Assembly (NCBI GenBank): GCA_036844545.1
Contig: DAIUFO010000002.1
Span: 1-33,624, forward strand
DNA from: Chloroflexota bacterium
Lineage (GTDB): Bacteria > Chloroflexota > JAJPGV01
Direction: 5' to 3'
Length of the DNA stretch: 33,624 nucleotides
The translations under genes were made by a program, and so were the position numbers. Under the pieces are notes generated by a model that was not told where the DNA came from, ran no database searches, and saw nothing but the letters and a program-made list of their open reading frames with translations. Positions 15,735 to 22,184 of this stretch are shown here, piece after piece; position 1 is the stretch's first letter, and each line of letters opens with the position of its first letter.

Positions 15735-17653
15735 GCAGCTTCGTTCCTCTTGCCGTCAAACGCACCGCTGCGCCATCGTTCACGGCGGTCCGTGAGGGCA
15801 CCATTCAGCGCTGCGCCGCGGCGCCCTGTTCCGTGTGTTCCGCGCAAGAAGACGAGCAGTCGGTGATGCGCCAGCGCGCCTTCGTTTCCGGCGAGCCGCC
15901 GACGGTCCCAGCCATCGTCCGCGACGTCCTGCGATCACGCGGGCAGCCGCTGGACGCCGCCACGCGCGCCTTGTTCGAGCCGCGCTTCGGTCACGACTTC
16001 AGCGGCGTCCGCATCCACGCGGATGAGACGGCGGCGCGTGCGGCGGACGCCATCGGCGCGACCGCGTTCACGGTTGGCAGCTCGATCTCGTTTGGACGGG
16101 GCATGTATCAGCCGGGAACCGCGCCCGGACTGCAGCTCCTCGCCCACGAGCTGACACACACGGTCCAGCAGCGGGGCCGGATCGCCAGCGCGCAGCCGAG
16201 CCTCCGGGTGGGGGCAGCGAACGATGCCGCGGAGTCCACCGCCGAGCGGGTGGCCAACGCCGTGCTCGCCGGCCAGTCGATCCCGCGGATCGGCGCGACC
16301 GGCGCGATCATCCGCCGCAAGCCAAAGGTCTCGCCCGTCGCCAACGATCCGTCGCTGCGCATCGTCGAGATGGACAACGGGACTCGTTACCGCGTCAAGC
16401 GAACCGTCGAGTGGGTAAAGACGACGACCAAGCACTCCGGTGCGACCACCAAGTTCGGCGGAGACATCGACAAAGACAACGTCTGGATCCAGGTCGACCA
16501 CTGTGACGGCACGGGCGAGGTGAAGGTCAAGGTCGGCGCGAACATCCCCGCCGCCGCGCAGGATGTTCTGAAGAAAGCCGGCCAGGCAATCGTTGGTGGG
16601 GCCGACCCGGTTACGGCGCTCAAGGGTATCAAGCTCGAGCCGTTTGTGTCGGTCATCGTTGCCCAGTCTAAGAAGAGCAGCGTCACAGTGACTGGCAAGG
16701 TCACGACCGATATCGACAAGGGAAAAGTGACCGGCGGCGCCGCCGGCGTCACGGTAAAGGTGCCGGGCGCGGACTTCTCCCTGGAGGGAAAGATCGAGCA
16801 GGCGCCGCCAGGCCAAAAGCGTCCCAACTTCCAGGTGGGCGGCGTGGTAACCATCCCCCTTGGCAGTGGGCCGCCGAAGGTGGAGTGCCCTTCCTTCGAG
16901 CGGACCACCCAGGAGCCGCGGGTGAGCTACCAGTGCGAAAAGATTGTGCCCGAGCACGAGGAGGAGCGCACGCGCCCGGTCACTCGCAGCCAGACTCAGA
17001 GCTTCTACTTCAAATACGCAAGAAACGAGTTTGCAAAAAAGGGCCGCACTGCCGATCTCGACAACAACGCGAAGGCGGCTGTGACGGCGGCCTTGAAAGA
17101 CGGCTACAGGATCGTCTCAATCAGCGGCTACGCCTCGCCCGAAGGTCCCATGCCTCGGAAGACAAAGGGCTTTGAGGGCAACGAGGCGCTTTCGGCGGAC
17201 CGCGCAAAGGCAGCGGAAGACTGGGTCAAGACCGTCTGTCCGCCGCCTACAGCCCTGAGCATGCGGCCCAGCTGTTTCGCGGACGAATACCGAAGAGGCG
17301 AGCAGCATGAGCTTTATGGGAAGAAGAAAAACGAGCAAGGCGCGGAGGTGGGGCCGGAGCTCGAGGGCAAGGAACTCGAGACGTTCGCGGTGGGGCAGTT
17401 CGAGACGGAGGAAGCCGAGAAATCGCGGCGCACGCCGGACGTCATGGATGAACTGGCGAAGGGCAAGACGCCGGAGCGCCAAAAGGACACCGTTTACCCG
17501 CTGCTGCGCCGCGCTGAGATTACGTTGAGCAAGCAAGAGACGGAGACATACAAAGAAACCGTCAAGGAATCCAGCACGCCGGAGAGCTGTCCCCAGGACG
17601 TCATGGACGCCGCTGATGAGGATTTCGGGCGCGAGCCCCTGGTGAAGAAATAG
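15731..17653 (+). CDS. DUF4157 (HExxH zincin-like) protein with Lys-rich beta-strand middle region, OmpA-like C-terminal signature and K/E-rich tail; candidate eCIS cargo
   Basis: RALFEPRFGHDFSGVRIHADETAARAADAIGATAFTVGSSISFG...LLAHELTHTVQQ is the DUF4157 signature, with HELTH at 16145-16159. FYFKYARNEF...LDNNAKAAVTAALKDGYRIVSISGYASPEG...GNEALSADRAKAAEDWV (about 16988-17245) resembles the OmpA/MotB C-terminal peptidoglycan-binding motif. Confidence 0.85.
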   Translation: MSSFVPLAVKRTAAPSFTAVREGTIQRCAAAPCSVCSAQEDEQSVMRQRAFVSGEPPTVPAIVRDVLRSRGQPLDAATRALFEPRFGHDFSGVRIHADETAARAADAIGATAFTVGSSISFGRGMYQPGTAPGLQLLAHELTHTVQQRGRIASAQPSLRVGAANDAAESTAERVANAVLAGQSIPRIGATGAIIRRKPKVSPVANDPSLRIVEMDNGTRYRVKRTVEWVKTTTKHSGATTKFGGDIDKDNVWIQVDHCDGTGEVKVKVGANIPAAAQDVLKKAGQAIVGGADPVTALKGIKLEPFVSVIVAQSKKSSVTVTGKVTTDIDKGKVTGGAAGVTVKVPGADFSLEGKIEQAPPGQKRPNFQVGGVVTIPLGSGPPKVECPSFERTTQEPRVSYQCEKIVPEHEEERTRPVTRSQTQSFYFKYARNEFAKKGRTADLDNNAKAAVTAALKDGYRIVSISGYASPEGPMPRKTKGFEGNEALSADRAKAAEDWVKTVCPPPTALSMRPSCFADEYRRGEQHELYGKKKNEQGAEVGPELEGKELETFAVGQFETEEAEKSRRTPDVMDELAKGKTPERQKDTVYPLLRRAEITLSKQETETYKETVKESSTPESCPQDVMDAADEDFGREPLVKK

Positions 17654-17662
17654 GCCATCGCG

Positions 17663-18841
17663 ATGCTGAACCTGTCAGACATCGAGCCGAAGCAGCGAAC
17701 CGCCTCGAAGCATCAGGACGAGCGATCGCGCCTGCGCGGACGCGCCTGGGACGCGGAGCCGGCACGCGGCACGCGGCCGATCGTCCGGGACGTCGTAAGC
17801 TCAGCCGGCCAGACGCTCGATCCGCTGGCGCGTGCCTTCTTCGAGTCCCGGTTGGGTCATCACTTCGGCCACGTCCGCGTCCACACCGACGCGCGGGCCG
17901 CGGCTACGGCGCGGGCGCTTCGAGCGCAAGCCTACACCGTCGGGCCAGACATCGCCTTCGACACCGGGCGATACACGCCGCGGACGGCCGCGGGCCTCCA
18001 CTTGCTCGCGCACGAGCTGACCCACATCGTCCAGCAGGGCGCCAGCGCCGAGGTTCAAACGCTGGGAATGGCCGCCGTCGACAGTGACTCGGAACGGGAG
18101 GCCGCCAGGACTGCGGACCTCGTCGTAAGCGGTGGCCAGGTAGGCGGTATCTCTGCCCAGGGGAACGACGGCGTGGTTCACCGCGCGATCGGGGACGTCC
18201 TTGCGGGCGGGGCTCTCGGCGGTATCGCCGGCGCGGCGATCGGCTCGATCTTCGGGCCGATCGGGGCCTTGATCGGTGGTGGAATTGGCCTGCTGGCGGG
18301 CCTGGCGGCGGGCGAGGTCGCCGGGGCCCAGCGCCGAGAACTGACTGGCGACGAGCGGCGCGAGGCAGCGATTGTGTTCGGGCCCAGCCTCAACATGTCA
18401 ACGGTCCACGTCGCGGAGTCTTCAGTCATGGCCGTCGGGGGCTTTGCGCGAACGCCTTTCGACACCATCTATTTCCCGCCGGGCACGTCACGGCTTGGCT
18501 TTCCCGAATTCATGCCCTGGCTCATCCACGAGCTCACGCACGTTTGGCAATACCAGCACGGCGTGTCCGTAACGGAGAAGGTGTGGTGGGCGCTGCACGG
18601 CCAGTCTGCCTACGACTACGGGGGCGAAGCGGGACTCCGCGCCGCTGCGAGCCAGAACAAGCGCTTTACCGAGTTCAATACCGAGCAGCAGGCATCGATC
18701 GCGGCGGACTTCTACAAGGCCCAGCACGCGGGGCAGGACACATCCGCGTACGACCCGTTTATCGCGCAGCTTCGCGCCGGCGGCCGCACGGCTGGGGCCA
18801 CGACTGGTCCAGCTTCGCCAGCCAGCGGGGGCGGACGGTGA
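17663..18841 (+). CDS. DUF4157 (HExxH) protein with glycine-zipper membrane segment and a second HExxH metallopeptidase-like domain; candidate eCIS cargo/toxin
   Basis: ARAFFESRLGHHFGHVRVHTDARAA...LLAHELTHIVQQ, with HELTH at 18011-18025. Glycine zipper GDVLAGGALGGIAGAAIGSIFGPIGALIGGGIGLLAGLAAGEVAG (about 18188-18325). The C-terminal domain carries WLIHELTHVWQYQHG, with HELTH at 18527-18541. Confidence 0.85.
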   Translation: MLNLSDIEPKQRTASKHQDERSRLRGRAWDAEPARGTRPIVRDVVSSAGQTLDPLARAFFESRLGHHFGHVRVHTDARAAATARALRAQAYTVGPDIAFDTGRYTPRTAAGLHLLAHELTHIVQQGASAEVQTLGMAAVDSDSEREAARTADLVVSGGQVGGISAQGNDGVVHRAIGDVLAGGALGGIAGAAIGSIFGPIGALIGGGIGLLAGLAAGEVAGAQRRELTGDERREAAIVFGPSLNMSTVHVAESSVMAVGGFARTPFDTIYFPPGTSRLGFPEFMPWLIHELTHVWQYQHGVSVTEKVWWALHGQSAYDYGGEAGLRAAASQNKRFTEFNTEQQASIAADFYKAQHAGQDTSAYDPFIAQLRAGGRTAGATTGPASPASGGGR

Positions 18842-18851
18842 GGGCAAGAAG

Positions 18852-19508
18852 GTGAGTGGCTTCCCGGGCTCGCCGCGGCTCGTCAAGGGCGGACTGGTCC
18901 TGATTGACCCCGACACGTCCGCGGTGCAACGGGTCATCTCGCTGCAATACAACCCGGACTCGCTCAGCCGATCGTTCCAGATCAAGGCCTTTGCCGGCGA
19001 CGCGGGCGACCGCTCGGAAGCGCTGCGACTCAAGGGCCCGCCCGTGGAGTCGATCAAGCTCGACGCCGCGATCGATGCCACGGATCAGCTCGAGATCTCG
19101 GATCAGAATCCGAACGCCACGCAGTTCGGCATCTTGCCGCAGCTCGCCGCGCTGGAGACCATCGTCTACCCCAGCAGCAGCCAGCTCCTGGCGAACAACG
19201 CGCTGGCGCAGTCCGGGACGCTCGAGATCGTGCCGATGGAGACGCCCCTCACGCTGTTCGTTTGGAGCAAGAGCCGCATCCTGCCAGTGCGTCTAACGGA
19301 CTTCTCGATTACCGAGGAGGCGTTCGACCCGGCCCTGAACCCGATCCGCGCCAAGGTGAGTTTGGGCATGCGGGTCCTCACCGTGGACGACCTGCCCTTC
19401 TCGCACAAGGGCAGCAGCCTGTTCATGCATTACCTGCAGGCTAAGGAGCAGCTCGCGGCCAAGAGCTCGGGCCTGATCAACACGCTCGGAATAGGGGGCA
19501 TCCCATGA
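18852..19508 (+). CDS. Tube-fold baseplate/tube-initiator protein (Cis5 / Afp5-like)
   Basis: VISLQYNPDSLSRSF...LTLFVWSKSRILPVRLTDFSITEEAFDPALNPIRAKVSLGMRVL follows the FQFNPE...WG...PV.I.S.SI.E..F...L.P..A.V.L pattern of contractile-injection-system tube-like proteins. GTG start after GAAGG. Confidence 0.7.
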   Translation: MSGFPGSPRLVKGGLVLIDPDTSAVQRVISLQYNPDSLSRSFQIKAFAGDAGDRSEALRLKGPPVESIKLDAAIDATDQLEISDQNPNATQFGILPQLAALETIVYPSSSQLLANNALAQSGTLEIVPMETPLTLFVWSKSRILPVRLTDFSITEEAFDPALNPIRAKVSLGMRVLTVDDLPFSHKGSSLFMHYLQAKEQLAAKSSGLINTLGIGGIP

Positions 19509-19867
19509 TCGACCCACTGCGGGCGCTGCTCCAGCCAAACCCCCTCAGAATGACCCAGTTTCCGCCCAACAGCCGCTACCACGGCGTCGACAACGCGACG
19601 CTGCAAACGCCGAACGGAACCACCCTCGCCTATCTGCGGCGACGCTTCGTGCCGGCGCCGGAGCGGTTCGCCCTGCTGCAAGAGCACACCATCAAACGCG
19701 GCGACCGGCTGGACAATCTCGCTGCCCATTACATTGGCGACCCCGAGCAGTTCTGGCGCATCTGCGATGCCAACCGCGCCATACGCCCGGAGGAGCTGAC
19801 CGAGACGCCGGGCCGGACGCTGCGCATCACTTTGCCGGAGGGCATACCCGGGGCGTCCAATGCTTAA
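19505..19867 (+). CDS. LysM-like domain protein (P2 gpX-like; Cis6 position)
   Basis: HTIKRGDRLDNLAAHYIGDPEQFWRICDANRAIRPEELTETPGRTLRITLP is a LysM-type pattern, as in phage tail protein X. ATGA overlap upstream; 8-nt overlap with the next gene. Confidence 0.7.
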   Translation: MIDPLRALLQPNPLRMTQFPPNSRYHGVDNATLQTPNGTTLAYLRRRFVPAPERFALLQEHTIKRGDRLDNLAAHYIGDPEQFWRICDANRAIRPEELTETPGRTLRITLPEGIPGASNA

Positions 19868-20990
19868 GGGCGTCCACCTCACTTTGATGATTGGCCCTGC
19901 CGTGCCATTGCCGGTGTCGCGGGATGTCCTCGACGCCCTGACGGAAGTCCAGGTGACCACGTCGGACCAGGGGCCAAGCGCCTTCCAGCTGCAGTTCAGC
20001 CTCAAGACCAGTTCGCCGCTGCACACCCTCTTTCTCCTCTCGGGCGGCAGCCCCATACCGCTGGTGCGCGTGGTAATCATCGCCACGGTCAACGGCACGC
20101 CGAACGTGCTGATCGACGGCGTCATGACGAATCATGAGATCACTCCCGGCTCGGACGCCGCCCACGCGACATTGACCGTGACCGGCGAGGACCTTACCCG
20201 AGTGATGGACTACATCGACTTCAGCGGCATCCCCTACCCAGCCATGCCGCCCGAAGCGCGAGTCCTGCTCATACTGGCCAAGTACATCATTCTCGGCATC
20301 GTCCCCCTGGTCATCCCCAGTGTGCTGATCGACGTGCCGATCCCGGTCCAGATCATACCCCGGCAGCAGGGCACCGACCTCGCTTACGTACGGCAGCTGG
20401 CGGACGACGTGGGCTACGTGTTCTACGTCGAGGCGGGGCCGGCGCCGGGGACCAGCGTCGCCTACTGGGGGCCACAGATCAAAGTCGGACTTCCGCAGCC
20501 CGCCTTGAGCTCGCCCAACATGGACTCCTTCGCCAACGCTTCCACGGGCTCGTTCAGCTTCAACAGCGACTCCAAGAGGCTGCCGGTCCTGTTCATCCAG
20601 GAACCGATTACAAAGGCGCCCATTCCGATCCCCATTCCCGATATCACGCCCCTCAATCCACCGCTGGGCCTTATTCCCCCGATCCCTAAGGGCATCGAGC
20701 CTGTCGAAGGCACGGCCAAGTATGGGCCCGTCCGCGCCGCCCTCATCGGCCTGGCCAAGGCAGCAAGGTCCTCCGATGCGGTTTCGGCCACCGGCAGCCT
20801 CGACGTTTCACGCTATGGGCGCGTCCTGAAGGCGCGGAGCCTGGTGGGTGTGCGCGGCGTCGGCGCCGCCTTCGACGGCCTGTATTACGTCAAGAGCGTC
20901 ACCCACAACGTCAAACGCGGCGAGTACAAGCAGAGCTTCGCGCTCAGCCGCAACGGCCTCGTTTCGACCCTACCCAGGGTGCCTGCATGA
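19860..20990 (+). CDS. Late-control-gene-D-like baseplate hub protein (P2 gpD / Cis7-like)
   Basis: 376 aa. The C-terminal FDGLYYVKSVTHNVKRGEYKQSFALSRNGL is the characteristic end of gpD-family hub proteins. It sits directly upstream of the spike gene. Confidence 0.75.
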   Translation: MLKGVHLTLMIGPAVPLPVSRDVLDALTEVQVTTSDQGPSAFQLQFSLKTSSPLHTLFLLSGGSPIPLVRVVIIATVNGTPNVLIDGVMTNHEITPGSDAAHATLTVTGEDLTRVMDYIDFSGIPYPAMPPEARVLLILAKYIILGIVPLVIPSVLIDVPIPVQIIPRQQGTDLAYVRQLADDVGYVFYVEAGPAPGTSVAYWGPQIKVGLPQPALSSPNMDSFANASTGSFSFNSDSKRLPVLFIQEPITKAPIPIPIPDITPLNPPLGLIPPIPKGIEPVEGTAKYGPVRAALIGLAKAARSSDAVSATGSLDVSRYGRVLKARSLVGVRGVGAAFDGLYYVKSVTHNVKRGEYKQSFALSRNGLVSTLPRVPA

Positions 20991-21502
20991 GCGAAGCCAA
21001 GAAGTTCTACGGCAAATATCGCAGCACGGTCGTGAACAACATCGATCCGCTGCAAATGGGCCGCCTCCAGGCGATCGTGCCCGACGTTTCGGCTGTGATG
21101 CTGACAAGTTGGGCGCTGCCCTGCCTGCCCGTCGGCGGCATTCAGACCGGCATCTTTTCGGTGCCGCCAATCGGCGCCGGGGTGTGGGTCGAGTTCGAAC
21201 AAGGCGACCCAGATTTCCCGATTTGGACCGGCTGCTTCTGGGGCTCAGCGGCAGAGGTCCCGGCCCTGGCGCACGCGGTGCCACCGGCCTTGTTCGGCAT
21301 CACCCTACAGACCCCGCTCCAGAACGGCATCGTCATCAGCGACGTCCCGGGCCCGACCGGCGGGATCATGCTCAAGAGCACCACCGGCGCCACCATCATT
21401 GTCAACGACACTGGCATCTACATACAGAACGGCAAGGGCGCGTCCATCATCATGACCGGTCCCACCGTCACCATAAACCAGGGCGCGATGGTGATCACCT
21501 GA
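20987..21502 (+). CDS. cis8: Baseplate spike protein (P2 gpV / gp5 OB-fold / VgrG-like; Cis8)
   Basis: YGKYRSTVVNNIDPLQMGRLQAIVPDV...WALPCLPVGG...GIFSVPPIGAGVWVEFEQGDPDFPIWTGCFW matches the Phage_base_V / gp5 N-terminal OB-fold family. Confidence 0.9.
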   Translation: MSEAKKFYGKYRSTVVNNIDPLQMGRLQAIVPDVSAVMLTSWALPCLPVGGIQTGIFSVPPIGAGVWVEFEQGDPDFPIWTGCFWGSAAEVPALAHAVPPALFGITLQTPLQNGIVISDVPGPTGGIMLKSTTGATIIVNDTGIYIQNGKGASIIMTGPTVTINQGAMVIT

Positions 21503-21819
21503 TGCCGGGCTTCGCCGTCCACCTGGGCGCCGTGGTGACGTGCATGCACGGCGGGCAGGCGCAGCCCGCGGCGCCCAATCCGCGCGTCCTCGTCAGCGGC
21601 CAGCCCGTGTCCACACTGGCCAGCCCTTACGTCGTGGCCGGCTGTCCCTTCGTCCCGCCAGCCGCTGGACCCTGCGTCTCGGCCCAGTGGGTGTCGGGAG
21701 CGACCCGCGTCTTCGTTGGCGGAGCGCCGCTGGTAGTTCAAAGCAGCCAGGCAGTGTGCGTGCCAACCGGCACCGGACTGCTGGTGATCGCTACTCAGAC
21801 CCGGGTGCTGGCTACATGA
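21502..21819 (+). CDS. PAAR-like spike-tip protein (Cis10 position)
   Basis: 105 aa, beta-rich, four spaced Cys (CMHGG, AGCPF, GPCVSAQW, AVCVP). It lies immediately after the spike gene (TGATG junction). There is no literal PAAR tripeptide repeat, so it is closer to the DUF4280/DUF4150-type PAAR-like proteins. In the ORF track it is hidden at the end of the 20848-21819 entry. Confidence 0.6.
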   Translation: MPGFAVHLGAVVTCMHGGQAQPAAPNPRVLVSGQPVSTLASPYVVAGCPFVPPAAGPCVSAQWVSGATRVFVGGAPLVVQSSQAVCVPTGTGLLVIATQTRVLAT

Positions 21820-22184
21820 CCCAGGTCGATTTTCCTTATCACTTCGACCACCGCGGCCGTACGGCTAGCCCCGACGACCAGGACGCGCACGTCCGCGACC
21901 TCATAGAGCAAGTCCTGTTCACGGCGCCGGGCGAGCGCGTGAACCGGCCCGACTTCGGCTGCGGTTTGATGCAGCTGGTCTTCCAACCCAACAGCGTGGA
22001 CCTAGCCGCCGCTACCGAATTCCTCGTTCAGAGCTCGCTGCAGCAGTGGCTGGGCGACCTGATCCTGGTCGAATCGGTTCAAGTCGAAGATGAGGACTCG
22101 ACGCTGCGGGTCACGCTGCAATACGTCGTGCGACGCACCGAGGCCAGATCGGTGGCGCAGTTCACCAGGGGCAGCACGACGTGA
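21816..22184 (+). CDS. cis9: GPW/gp25-family baseplate wedge protein (Cis9)
   Basis: AHVRDLIEQVLFTAPGERVNRPDFGCGLMQLVFQPN...LVQSSLQQW matches the gp25/gpW lysozyme-like baseplate family. ATGA overlap upstream. In the ORF track it is hidden inside 21540-22184. Confidence 0.85.
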   Translation: MTQVDFPYHFDHRGRTASPDDQDAHVRDLIEQVLFTAPGERVNRPDFGCGLMQLVFQPNSVDLAAATEFLVQSSLQQWLGDLILVESVQVEDEDSTLRVTLQYVVRRTEARSVAQFTRGSTT

